The notes beneath the pieces are model-generated. The model saw nothing but the letters and a program-made list of their open reading frames with translations, was not told the origin of the DNA and made no database searches. The translations under genes were made by a program, and so were the position numbers. 64,000 nt of DNA from Rhina ancylostomus (Eukaryota): assembly GCA_030265395.1 (NCBI GenBank), contig JARFYF010000059.1, positions 22,028,161 through 22,092,160 of the forward strand, read 5' to 3'. Shown piece after piece: positions 12,800-25,480 of the stretch; position 1 is the first letter of the stretch, and every line of letters starts with the position of its first letter.

Positions 12800-13862
12800 A
12801 TGATGGTTCAGTAACATATTTGCAGACAGATATATTGAGGATCTACAGAAGTTTTTATGCTGATCTGTGTGACAGAAGGCCACAGAAAGCACAGCCTCCT
12901 GGAACTTTCTGCCCCCTTTGACGAAGGTTTCAGACAACAGCAATTGGAGAGCCTGGACCTGCCACTGACCCTGGAGGAGCTGACAAGCTCCATCCATTCC
13001 CTTGAAACACATAAAACTCCTAGAAGCAACAACTTATCATTCAAGTTGTACTCTGTACTGTGGTACTTGATGGGTCTGATCCTGCTGGAAGCACTACCTG
13101 CCCTTCCTAGGAAAGTTCCTTCAGAGAAACAACCTTGACCACATGTCCATCAAGCTGTGGTTGGCACGGAATGTCCTGCAGGCCCTGTGGGTGGAGGACA
13201 CAATGGATCCTGTGGGATGGCTCCCCTGAGCAGACTGCCAAAACCATTTGGCAGAATGCCTCATCACCAGAACTCACCAACAAGCACCAAGACCTTACTT
13301 GGCTGGCAGTGAGAGGGGCCCTCCCCATCAGATCCCTTCTGCATGATAGGAGTCTCACGCCCAGTGCTGCCCTCTAGAGAGCTGCAATGAGAATGAGACA
13401 ATTAATCTGCAAAGTAGATCTGGGAAAAAGGAGGCAAGGGTCTTTGTAAAGATTTGTCCAGAGCATAACAGTGGACTGTCTGATCTACTGTCTATTCCCA
13501 GGAATACATAAGTGGATGCTGCTGCCTGGCACATTCCAGGCTGCAAAAGTATGTGCTGAAGCATGCACTGAAGTTTGGTGCAGACAATGCAAGGGCTTTG
13601 TGGGAAAAGATTGAAATCTAAAGCCCTGTCGCCACTAGATGCTGAAGAGCTGGCTCCTGTGCAACAGTCCCTCAAACACTTGTAAGGTATATTGTTCAAA
13701 GGGGCCATAGGAGTGACATTGGCTGTTTGTATAAACAATGCATCAACTTGATGACACAACAAATGTATTGACTAGACAACACTAATGAATGCAAAGAAAG
13801 TCATACACTTTTATATTATTTGTAATTTTTTTTGTGAATAAAATTTATTTTTGAAATTAAAG
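12800..13862 (+). mobile_element. L1/Tx1-clade LINE, internally deleted
   Basis: LDLPLTLEELTSSIHSLETHKTPRSNNLSFKLYSVLWYLMG is the pre-RT KxPGxDG-like region. It is joined to IWQNASSPELTNKHQDLTWLAVRGALPIRSLL (C-terminal zf-RVT-like region). The element ends in gaataaaatttatttttgaaattaaa. Confidence 0.75.
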
Positions 13863-16800
13863 AACTCCCCACAACTGCTAAAGGCCTCAGGCCTCCAATC
13901 ATCTCCCCATTGCCATCCCACCCAACTGTCTCCCCCTACTCCCAGCTTCACCATTTTTGACCATTTCTCTCTCTCTCTCCCCACCACGATCCTCTTTCCC
14001 TGCAATTGTGGGATAGGCTCATACAAATCTGGTGGGATGTCCCATGCTTTGCCACTTTAACATGCAATTTCAGGAACATTACAATTGTAGACCCCATCTC
14101 CAAACGAAAGCATTATTTAGTTATTATCATATTGTAGTTTGTGGGGCAATAAATAGCGTCTGTACTTTGTCTCATTACAACAATGACTACATTTCAAGAG
14201 TACTTCATGGTTGTAAAGCACTTTGGGAAGCTCTGAGGTAGGTAAAAAAATAACTGCAAGCCTTTACTTTTCTCTCACATGCACCTTTCACATAATTGGG
14301 GGCCCGGTGGCAAAATATTGGTAATGACAAAAGACATAATTTAGTCGCATAGAGTGGCAGCTTCTTTCACTTCTGCAGATTTCTTTCCTTTCCCGTGCGG
14401 TTTCTATGAGCTGTTATTGCTTAATTAGCAGGATAAACTGAAGCATGATAAATGCCATTATTTACTCAGTGAAAGACCACAATCATTGTTGTTTTGACCC
14501 TTGGGGCAAAAAAGGCAAAACCCTTGATGATTTATAAGGGGTCTATGAGTGGTGCTTTCTGTATCAGCAGGCAGGGGAATAATGTGCTGCAAGACTCAAC
14601 ATAAATTCAAAGACATCACAATAAATAAAGCATGTCATTTTTTTACTTAATCTGAATCCCACACTGGAAATCTCTGAAAGATCCAGCACTCACTGCAGAG
14701 AATTATGGCCTTACTGCTCTACAGCCTTGTGGTTGTTATTTTTCCTGTCAGATTTACTAACAAAAAGATACCAGACTAAAGCACAGCCCTCCTTTACATT
14801 AGCTATATTAATATAATGTATCTAATGAACAGCAGTCTCCATTGCTTTCATTAGCCTTGACTTTGACAATACCACAACTAGATAGAATTTGTTCACTCCT
14901 GATTCCTCAAATTGCTAATGTGTTAAGTGTATTGATTGTTACCCTGGGAATAAACTAGAGAAGGAAGCAATTCAGCAAGTTTGTTATCACATAATTATTG
15001 GTATCTTCCAGATTTATGCTCAAGCAAAGGATCTGGCAATTCTTACTTGAATTTTTCTCACCCAGTGCAGGAATAGAGTCAATGCACGTGATCCACATCC
15101 CCAGTAAAGAAGTTCTAATCTACCCAGTACAGAAGCCCAATTAATCCAAAATCAAGAATCCCTCACCCATTTAATACTGTGAGGTCTAATTCACCCAAGT
15201 CCTGGTGAAGTCTCACTCAATGTACATTGATGAGACATAACAAACTAACATCAAGGAACCTATCCTATCTAGTATTTCTGATGGTTGACTCAGTTAACTT
15301 TATCAGTACTAATGACACTGTAACACCCAAGGTACATTAGGGAGATCTAGCCATGCATTACTTGGCCTAATGCATTCAGACAATTGAGACTGTTGATAGG
15401 TGAGCCTATTTCTTTCAGTTAGCAAAATGGAATCTTGGTTAATGTTGTCCCTGGATGATCCAGGAGGGATGAGACAAGTGCTGTGCCCCAACGATATTCC
15501 TTGCAACATTCTGATTGAAGTCAAGAGCCTGAAACATCAAAACTTATAAAATCTCCTCTGGAATTTGGAATTCAGCATTGAATGCTGGAAAGACTGCTCC
15601 CATGGAANNNNNNNNNNNNNNNNNNNNNNNNNNNNNNNNNNNNNNNNNNNNNNNNNNNNNNNNNNNNNNNNNNNNNNNNNNNNNNNNNNNNNNNNNNNNN
15701 NNNNNNNAGACTGCTCCCATGGAAACCCAACCCTGACCTGTGCTTCAATCCTAGAAATGCAAATGGCTTGCCATTGCTCCAGAGGTTCTATTTATACTTA
15801 CTCATTAAAGAGCTGGGCAGGATAATTTTTTTTGAATGTGCTAATATTAAATTGTTGTTTGCAGTGCTGGTCAAGAATCAGATTTCCTGAATCAGCAGCC
15901 TTAAAAGATCTGCCTGACCCTGCAGCTCCACAAAACTGATGCCTCTGTCTTATACCGGGAATAAAGGAAAGGGATAACGATAAATGTCAGGAAGCTGTTC
16001 CTTGGTTTCCACACTATCTAACATACCTGGCCACAGCTCGTAATATTCACCACATCCTAGGCTGAGAGGGACATTCAAAGGCTCCACTGTATAAGAGGGA
16101 ATAGATGCTGGCTGCAGCTCATCATGATAATGGTTGGCAAGAGCCAACGAGGTGGCTTTCTCTTAGACAACCCCGTGTTTAACCAATCAGCACCCAAATC
16201 CCCAGCTTGATTCTTGTAATGCAAAAAACTGGTCAAGCATATGCACACACACACCCCATAAAGAAACACACAGACACACAGAAATACACACAAACGCTTC
16301 TACTTCCTGTACTGGAAACATTCTCTTTGTTACACTGCACTACCTCTATAGCCAGTCTCCTTGTGTTCTTGCTTGTAAATTAAAAAGCTGAGAGTGGGAC
16401 GTGCAAGAACTCCCCCTCAGTTCTTGAAACTCTTCAAAGATTAGACTGATGCAGCACATGAAATAGAATCATATAGCAGGTGGAAAGATTGCAGGTGGAA
16501 ATGAAAGCTGGTGTAAAAATTTTTCAACACCAGTATATTTTGGAGGTGGACAGGGTGGAAGAGGGGTAGACAATTGGTACCTCACACAAAAAGTTAAGTT
16601 TTCTGGATGATAAACAGTTACTATTATGTGAAGAATTATGTTTATTTGCTTGTTCAATTTGCTTGCTCATCTGATCTTCCTCAAGTACAACTCTAACTCT
16701 TTTACTTCAAGGATGTAGCCCTCAGCTCTGTCACATTGGTGCTGAAGATACATGACTTTCCCTGCTGCAATGGTTATTTTAGCAATAGGCAGGTTTTTGC

Positions 16801-16998
16801 ATTCTTTCTCTGATCATTTTTTTCCCCTAATCTTCTTTGACCTCATTTTGTTCAGAATTTCTTCCTCGGGTTCCACCCAGCAAAAGGGACAGGCAAGATA
16901 TATATTTGGGTACCTGTGGAGAACCTGTGGAGGTTATAATTAATATTGGGCTCTTAGGTTGAATGGTGAAAACGACCTCATGGAAAATCAGGATCATT

Positions 16999-17060
16999 AA
17001 TGCAGACTACAATGCTTCAAACAATGAAATGCAGTCTACAACACCTCAAACAATGAAATG
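16999..17060. repeat. 29-bp tandem duplication
   Basis: aatgcagactacaatgcttcaaacaatga / aatgcagtctacaacacctcaaacaatga. Confidence 0.8.
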
Positions 17061-20000
17061 ATAAGAACAATAATGTTAATAAAGCACTCTTTGCCCTGTC
17101 CAACTTTTACCCATAAGGTTGTAGGCTGAAAGTTTGTCAAAGAGTGTACCTGAACTCCATGGGGGCATCAAGGTTTTGCAAGTATTCTTGGGTCAGTGCT
17201 CTAATCAAACAAACTCTTTAACACCAGCCCACTGATCAAGCCTCTTCTCAGAAGTGAACTGAGATCTGCACCAGCCCGAACACTATTCGGCCCTCCTATC
17301 CAAGGAATCATTAGGCACAATATAGAACAATTTAAAATAATACCATCAAACAAGTTTCTCAAATATTAACTGGAAACTGATTAAAATACATTCCAGGCTA
17401 TGAAGGTTTTTTTAAACTAAGCACAACTTCTTATTATACAATGGACACCCTAAGTGACAACATAGCCAGTGAAAAATCCAGACAACTAACATGCCAACAG
17501 CATCTTGATTAGAAGGTTCACAAAGGACCTAATATTCAACAATCCCAATCATACTGAGTTGTCTGATCTATGATTAAGTACGTGTATGTTTCTGTGTGTA
17601 GTATGTGCACTTTTGCAGTGACTCTCACAAAGTAGTCAAATGTAAATTCCTGCATATATGGGATTTGGGTTTTCTCTGTGACACAGGCATTCTTGGTTCT
17701 AATGCCTGTTTGTTCTTAAATGTATGACCCTCCCTGTTCCTGAGTCACATGACATATCTACATGAAAAAATGCTCTGCTAAATGGCTACTAAGTCTCAGA
17801 AATATAAAAGCCCTCTTAAAATGCAGTTTTCCACCACAAATGGTTAATATGTAGACAACAAAAATAGCTGGCATGGAGACTCATACAATCTGACAAAAGA
17901 TTTAACCTCAGGTAAAAATTTCAGGAATAATTCAGCAATTATTATTTGAAAATTCTATTAATAATCAACTAGGCCAGCAGGCAATTATATCACCTGTATT
18001 ATTAATGGCTCTTGTGCACATTTGGGAATCATTTTCCTACTCAAGCATCACTCCTCTTCCACATAAATAAATATATTTCATTAAGTAACAATAAAATGGA
18101 GATTGAAAATAGAGAGCATGTATAGCAAACCAGAAAGAGGGTGTGACTGAATAAATTCAGCATCCAAAGACCGTTAGTTTTAAGTCAAGTATCTTGAAAA
18201 GAAATCTACTCTTCATATCAGGGGCAAGGGCACCTTTAGGAAATACATATGGAAATCTGTATGGAAATATGGGAACGTCATGAGATGGAAGTTTTGGTCA
18301 TGCACACCAAAGTAAATATATCACAAAATATCACAGAACCATAATAGGCATGCATGATTTGTCATTGAGTACTGTTTAAGATTCTAGTTTTAACTCTATA
18401 TATTGGATTTACTGGGGAATCAAAGCCCAGTTTAACTAAATGTTGGCTCATCACTGTTTTTACTGCATTTCATCCATGGACAATTTAAGTGATTGCAAAA
18501 GACTTCAAAGTTTACTTTGCCTTTAGTATCAAGAATAGTGACCAAGAAACCGTTGGATTCTTGTTAAAAATAACACTGGTTCACTTTAAGGAAGAAAATC
18601 CGCATCCTGAAACTGCTACCACTTGGACTGTGATTCAACAAGGCTACTCATCACTACCTTCTCATCTGGGTATTAAATGCCAGTTTTATTAGACATACCC
18701 TTGTACCAATAATGAATAAAAAAAAAGTGACTTTGTAGAATTAATGGTAATTTGCATGAATGAATTTCTGTCAGTTGTCTTTAGACTCCAGCTACAACCT
18801 GCATTCTTCGTGCATCCTGAATTGATCTCTCATCCAGAAATGTTAGCAGTGCCCAGTTGTGTGATTAGTTGTTGGTACCTTGTAGGCAGGCCCTAAGGGA
18901 GAAGCAGTAAATAATGTGACTTATCCAAGTGGGGTCCCACTGATTACCCAGCCCAGTGTCATGCCACTGAAACTTGGTTGTCTCAGGAATGTCCAACAAC
19001 AGATAATCCTTAGAACAGCATGCACTCAGCTCCCCAGTTATGCATTGCATTGGGAATGATGTAAGTTGATGTCTATCTGATGAGAAAATTGGTTCTTAAC
19101 TGGAATGTCTGAAATTGTATGACTTAAAAATAGCTACAATCACATTTCACTTGAGCAAAAAAAATAGATTTTCAGACATAACACTGAAAAACACCAGTAT
19201 CATGCATCTGACATTCNNNNNNNNNNNNNNNNNNNNNNNNNNNNNNNNNNNNNNNNNNNNNNNNNNNNNNNNNNNNNNNNNNNNNNNNNNNNNNNNNNNN
19301 NNNNNNNNNNNNNNNNNNNNNNGTAATCAATTTTCTTGCTCTTCTCACATCAGTGAGGTCTTATCCATGGCTGCTTCATAGTTCCTGATGTATAAAGACA
19401 GAAATTCAATAAACTGATGGCCCCCGTCAAAGCTCAAATGCTGATAATTTACTGGTAACTAACAGGCCAGCATTATTAGTCTTTCAATCAACATGGGAGG
19501 TTTAAAAAAATTGGAAATAGCTAAACACAGATAAACAGTTCAGTATCAGTGAACTCCAGCTTGTTCAATGATTGAGGACCATGTATATTCCTGAGCTTTA
19601 ACATCTCACAGGTTTGCTTGGCTTATTGTATATTCATTGTATAATGTCAAGCCAGAACAAGCTGTGGGCTCCTCCATACTCATGCACACACCTCCAGCCC
19701 CCCAAAACCCCAAATCAGTCAGAGGACTGAGCCACACAGATAAAGTTTCTTGCCCAACTTAGTCAATTTCAACAACACTTCCTTCATTTATTTAGTATCT
19801 TCCAAACAGTAAAAAAAAAATCAAAGCAGTTCCTAGGAGAATATTAACTGGAAACTGACACTTAGTCATGTAAGGAAATGCTAGGCAAAGTGACCAAATG
19901 CTTGATCAAAGAGCTTCTTTTAAGGAGCAAATTAAAGCAGAAAGAAAGATGAAGATGTTTCAGCATGGAATTCCCGTGTTTAGGGCCTTAGCAACTGAAG

Positions 20001-20539
20001 GTACAAGAGAGTGATTAAATTTGATTAATTCTCAGTCAGTTAGATTGCTCCAAATTGTTCTTGGGCTCAATAAAGGAATAGCTAGGCAGAATTTTGTTCT
20101 CCTGCTTGCAATCACATATACACACAAGAAAGTGGATACTGGGGAGGAAAAACATCATGCCACTTTCCTCCCTTGTCATTGTATAATTTAATGACACTCA
20201 CTATCCAGACATACACATGAAGTCCTCTTGATTTTCCACTAAGTGTCCAGGAACTGAGGAAACACCCTACAAAGAATAAAGAGGAGTGGGCTGGCACATC
20301 AAGGAGATTAAATTTGCCACGAGTATGTTTATCTGTGCATTTGAATGTGGGTTTCTAGGCAGCAGCTGAAACAAATTACCAGTGCAGATGAAATTTGGCA
20401 AACTCTTAAATAAAGATATGGAGAAGCTGGGATTAAATTGCAACTCATTACACAACCAGGATGATTGAAAGAAAAGTAACTGATAGGGTCTACATGCTTC
20501 TCTTAACACATTTTATAAAATATTTATGTGAAACTACAT

Positions 20540-20780
20540 TTGCTCTCTGAAGTGGATATTAGCTTCATCGTCAGAGTTGCCATCTTCCTGATTAAACTAT
20601 GATCAATCTCAGGCCCATTCTATCAGAGATCCCGTGGAATTATTCAAAAAAGAGCAGGGAGTTCACCTCACCATCTAATTTCTTAATCATTGTCATTAAA
20701 ACTGATTATACAGCCAGTTATCTTTTCCTTGTTTGTGTGAACATGCTGTGAATAAATCCACTGGTGCCTTTCAATCCAGT
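20540..20780 (+). mobile_element. Deu-domain SINE fragment
   Basis: agatcccgtggaattattcaaaaaagagcaggggagttc...aaaactgattat matches the Deu-SINE core. Confidence 0.7.
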
Positions 20781-20860
20781 TGTCCAATTTATTTTCCCTT
20801 CCTCCTCTCTCGGCCTTCTCTCTCCTCAGATCTCAAATAAAGAAACATGAAAGATTCCAT

Positions 20861-21065
20861 AATAAAAACTGAAAATGCTGGAAATATTTATCAGGTCAGG
20901 CAGTATCTGCTAAGAGAGAAACAGAGTTAATGTGTCAGTTCAATGACTTTTCATCAGAACTGGAAAAGTTTCTCACTTTTTCCAATACTGTCGGCCTGCT
21001 GAGAATTTTCAGCATTTTCTGTTTTTACTTCAGATTTCCAGCATCTATATTTTTTGGCTTTTCAA
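20861..21065. mobile_element. Inverted pair of Penelope-like termini with internal hammerhead remnant
   Basis: 20861-20909 is an imperfect reverse complement of 20983-21030. A minus-strand AGTT-CTGATGA...GACACATT-AACT motif lies between them. Confidence 0.8.
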
Positions 21066-22819
21066 TTAAACTTTTTACAACTGATTTCAGCATCCATTCT
21101 TGGATTAGTTAACTGATATATCATACAGGCTTCTTGCTTCCATTCTTAATCCAGTGATTTTGAAGAAAATGCATCTCTTGTGAGCAATAGTGAGTAAAGG
21201 ATCAGGTTTTGCTGTGATGTCTTCTGCAGACCAACAGCCTGTATCAACCAAAAACACTGCCTTCACCTGTACAACAACACCGAATGATCACTAAGCAGAG
21301 CCCATGTTAAGATTAAACCTTGTCTTTTCATTGGCTGATGTCTGCAAATGTGGACTATACAACAGAGGGAGATGGACAGCAATCAGGAGCAAGAACCTCA
21401 TCTGGTTTCTTTTCTATTCTCTTTTGTTTAGAAAAACTTTAAGTTATTGTACTACCCCTGGAACCATGTCAACTGAGAGCAGCAACCTAAGCAGAAACTA
21501 GGAATCAAATCTGAGGTCCTTCTGGTCTATTTAGTTCTGTACCATTATGAGCAGTAGGCTTACTAATAAATCAAAGTGAGGAGCGCTCAGTTGCTTGTTA
21601 AGTCCACTGATTTAAGTTGGTTTTACATTAACATAAATCCTACATTTGGGCTGCTTTTATATCTTACTTTTAGGGAAAGGTATCTGTCTCTTTGTTGGCC
21701 TTGTCTGTCAATGAGACAGCTCCTGTATCTTCTTGTGATAACCTCTCAATCAGGTATCATCCGATAACAGGGTCCCCAGATATAATGGGAACAGGTTTGA
21801 GCTAAACTTTGGTGTTGGCAAGGCTGTGAAGGTCGATTGATTAGTCATGGGAACCAGTGGAATAGTTATTTTGCTTTGAGGTGTGGCTGTTTAATCCTGC
21901 CCAACTCTTTCAACACAAAGCTATCAAAGGCAAGGGAAAATCAATATTAGGATCCCTTTCAATAGAGAACCTGGACCTTGTTCCCTCACTCCAAGGTGTC
22001 CTTCAATTTAAATTTGTAGATTATCTTTTATTATGTAATATGTCACAGAGGTGTCCTGAAAGTCTGAAGATAGAGTCAGACTTTTATCAGCTTGCCTCTC
22101 AAAGTGCTGTCAGTAAACAATGGTGTCTGATAGAATATACAGACCAGAAAAGAGTCTTGCTGAGGCTGTGTATCTAAACGCCCTTAAAAAGATTCTGTTT
22201 GAACTTTTCTTTTCTGTGGCATTGTCCTTCCTTTCATGAGAAGGTACTGGCTCATATTTCAGTGCTGCTTCACGTACATTTACCCTTCTAGAGTTAAATT
22301 TTGAGAATGGCCACTGAAACCCCTCAAATGTACCCAGCATCCATTTTCTCTCTTCTGTTGTCTCCAACACTCTTCCATCTTTGTCATTCAACCTCCAGTT
22401 TTCCCTCCAGAGCTTGCTCCCCAAACATCCACAACTATCAACTTATTTTCTCTGCATTTCTGATTCTTTTAAGCCCAACATATTGATCAAAATTTTTGAC
22501 AGCACTCTTAAACTTTCAGTACCTCCATTTATTTCTATTTCTGAAATTCCTTGGAGTTTTGATTTTGCATCAAAGACACTGAATAAATAAAAATAATTTC
22601 TGTTGGCTGACGAAAGAGGTCATCTGCCTTGAGTGACCATTGTAAATCAGTGCTTACCACAGCAACATCTGCTGACTCTGCTCTCACAGGCTCACTTCCC
22701 AGTGTGGTTTGTGATATGATAGCATTTCAGAAAATGTGAGTTTGAGTCACATCTTGGCAGGTTGAGAATTTAAACTTATCTTTAAGTCTGGGAATAAAGA
22801 ACAAGCATCAGTAAAGAAT

Positions 22820-23043
22820 TAAGAAGAAAATTAAGAGGGGGAGAAAAGGGGACATAGATATCATTGGTAGAGGAGGTAAAGGAGAATCTTAAGAGATTCT
22901 ATATTAAGAGCAAAGGGGTAACTAGGGAGAGAATAGGACCCCTTAAGGATCAGTGCAGGTATCTACGTGTGAAGTCACAGGAGATGGGCATGGTCTAAAA
23001 TAAATGTCATCTGTATTTATTATGGAGAAGATCATGGAAGCAA
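22820..23043 (+). mobile_element. CR1 LINE ORF2 internal fragment
   Basis: gtaaaggagaatcttaagagattctat...actagggagagaataggaccccttaaggatcag encodes a KENPKRFY...RERIGPLKDQ-like segment. Confidence 0.75.
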
Positions 23044-23770
23044 GACCCCCTACAGTTTGCATATAGAGTCAATCGATCCACAGAGGATGCAATCTCCACT
23101 TTGCTCCACCTCACACTGTNNNNNNNNNNNNNNNNNNNNNNNNNNNNNNNNNNNNNNNNNNNNNNNNNNNNNNNNNNNNNNNNNNNNNNNNNNNNNNNNN
23201 NNNNNNNNNNNNNNNNNNNNNNNNNNNNNNNNNNNNNNNNNNNNNNNNNNNNNNNNNNNNNNNNNNNNNNNNNNNNNNNNNNNNNNNNNNNNNNNNNNNN
23301 NNNNNNNNNNNNNNNNNNNNNNNNNNNNNNNNNNNNNNNNNNNNNNNNNNNNNNNNNNNNNNNNNNNNNNNNNNNNNNNNNNNNNNNNNNNNNNNNNNNN
23401 NNNNNNNNNNNNNNNNNNNNNNNNNNNNNNNNNNNNNNNNNNNNNNNNNNNNNNNNNNNNNNNNNNNNNNNNNNNNNNNNNNNNNNNNNNNNNNNNNNNN
23501 NNNNNNNNNNNNNNNNNNNNNNNNNNNNNNNNNNNNNNNNNNNNNNNNNNNNNNNNNNNNNNNNNNNNNNNNNNNNNNNNNNNNNNNNNNNNNNNNNNNN
23601 NNNNNNNNNNNNNNNNNNNNNNNNNNNNNNNNNNNNNNNNNNNNNNNNNNNNNNNNNNNNNNNNNNNNNNNNNNNNNNNNNACTGATATGAGCTGGTGAG
23701 AAACAGTATTTTGTTTTTTTGTGTATGTAAATACTCAGAGAAATGACAATAAAGTAAACCTTGAATCTTG
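23044..23770 (+). mobile_element. Rex1/Babar LINE, 5'-truncated, spanning a gap
   Basis: 23044-23118 translates without interruption as DPLQFAYRVNRSTEDAISTLLHLTL (Rex1 RT motif). After the gap is the 3' end aaatgacaataaagtaaaccttgaatcttg. Confidence 0.8.
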
Positions 23771-23970
23771 TATGGAACGAGCTTCCAGAGGAAGTGGTAG
23801 AGGCAAGTACAATTACAATGCTTAAAAGTCATTTGGACAGGTACATAGTTAGGAAAGGTTTAGAGGGATATGGGCCAAATGCAGGCAAATGGGACTAGCG
23901 CAGGAAGATAGCTTGGTCAGCATGGATGAGTTGGGCCAAAGGGCCTGTCTTTACATATGACTCTATGACA
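23771..23970 (+). mobile_element. CR1 LINE 3' end
   Basis: tggaacgagcttccagaggaagtggtagagg...ttgggccaaagggcctgt...tgactctatgac: WNxLP motif plus short-repeat tail. Confidence 0.85.
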
Positions 23971-25237
23971 TAAACGTGTCCATGAAGTTCCTGGATTGTT
24001 TTTAAAATCTAATTGATTTATTAATGATACTTAAGGAAAGAAACCTCAATAATATTTAAATGCACTCTGACATGGACCAACAAACCACACAGTCCATAGA
24101 ACAACCACACACTATGTGAGTAACTTCACTTCAAGACTTCAGTGGTTTAAGAATGTGGCTCGCTAACTCAAGCAACTGGGAAGGGGCATTAAATGTTGTC
24201 CCTAACAGTGATGCCCACATCTTGGAAAGAATAAAAACATCCTTTACCAATGAGGTTGGGTTCTATATGTCTATTGAAGTAAACTAGCAAACTGTTTAGT
24301 TTTATCAAATTGTTACAAACGAAAAGGTCCATCATCACCCAGGACAGTTGGCGATGGCCAATTAACAATGTCTTTGGTAGCATCCCATGTATTCCATGAA
24401 TGGAATTTTTAAAAAGGAATTAGAGAAAAGGAAGCAGGAGCAGATACTTTGGCTGACTTTATTTCCTCTCTCTTTAACCATGGACCACCAAGGGAATTTC
24501 TTGTGACCTTTGTAGTGCGATAACTGCAGACTGTAGATACAAATCAGGAATCAAAATCTGTCAGCTTTTTGGTGAGTTCTACACCAGGAAATGGAGCAGG
24601 TTTAAGTGGATTTAGACAAATGAATTTGTGTTTGACTGCATCCAACTCCATAATTTAGGAAAAAACAAAAAAATCTGTTTTGTTAAGTTTGCATGTGTTC
24701 TGGATTGTAGGGGCTGTTTATGGAGGAGATTGGACTGGAACAAAGGGTAGCAAACCAAGTTCCATTCTATCATCAATTCCTGAGAATGATAATGATATTG
24801 GTATAAAAGTTCCATCTTGGGAATTGGGAGATGTGAGTGCAGGAGGGAGCACATTGCTGCTCCTATAGGCAGTCCCTGATTTATTGTGCATATCAGAAAA
24901 TAAAAAATGGAGTCTTACTTAACACAAATTAGTGCATTTAAGCAAACAAAAACAGCCCCATCCAACTAACTAAAATGATTCAAGATACTATGCCACCACA
25001 GCAGGCAGGAATGCTAGTCTTTACGCTAGCCAAAACTTGCAGTCTTCCATCCAGCAAAGATAATGATTGGAAGACCTTGAGCCGAAAAGCATTGGTGTAA
25101 ATGCCCCCTATTCCTGCAGTGATCCCACTTTGTGTGAAGTTAAAATTCTAAATTCTCTTCCCCTTTCATCTGTTCATTTAAATTTAATTTATAGTTTTAC
25201 AGATTTCTAGCACCTGCACTGTATTGCTTTTTAATTT

Positions 25238-25480
25238 AAGAACATAAGAAATAGAAGCAAGAACTATTGAGCTCCTTCTACCTCCTCTGCATTCAGTAAA
25301 ATTAAGGTTGATTATTATCTCAGAGCCTTTTCTCTTGACTAACCCCAATCTCTGCTTTGAATATCCTCAGTGCCAGAGCTTCCACAGTTTACATCCCTAG
25401 TTGTAGACACCCCCATTCAAGGGAAGCAACATCTCTACATCTACCCTGTCAAAGCTCCTATTGAGTTTTGTATGTTTTTG
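25238..25480 (-). mobile_element. CR1 LINE 3' end, degenerate
   Basis: taagaacataagaaatagaagcaag... is the reverse complement of a CR1 tail; atctaccctgtcaaag also fits. Confidence 0.55.

Noticed and set aside
15591-15724. 17-bp direct repeat agactgctcccatggaa as a TSD or CRISPR-like repeat
   Set aside because: It directly flanks a standard 100-N gap, so contig overlap is more likely. No array is present and the DNA is eukaryotic.
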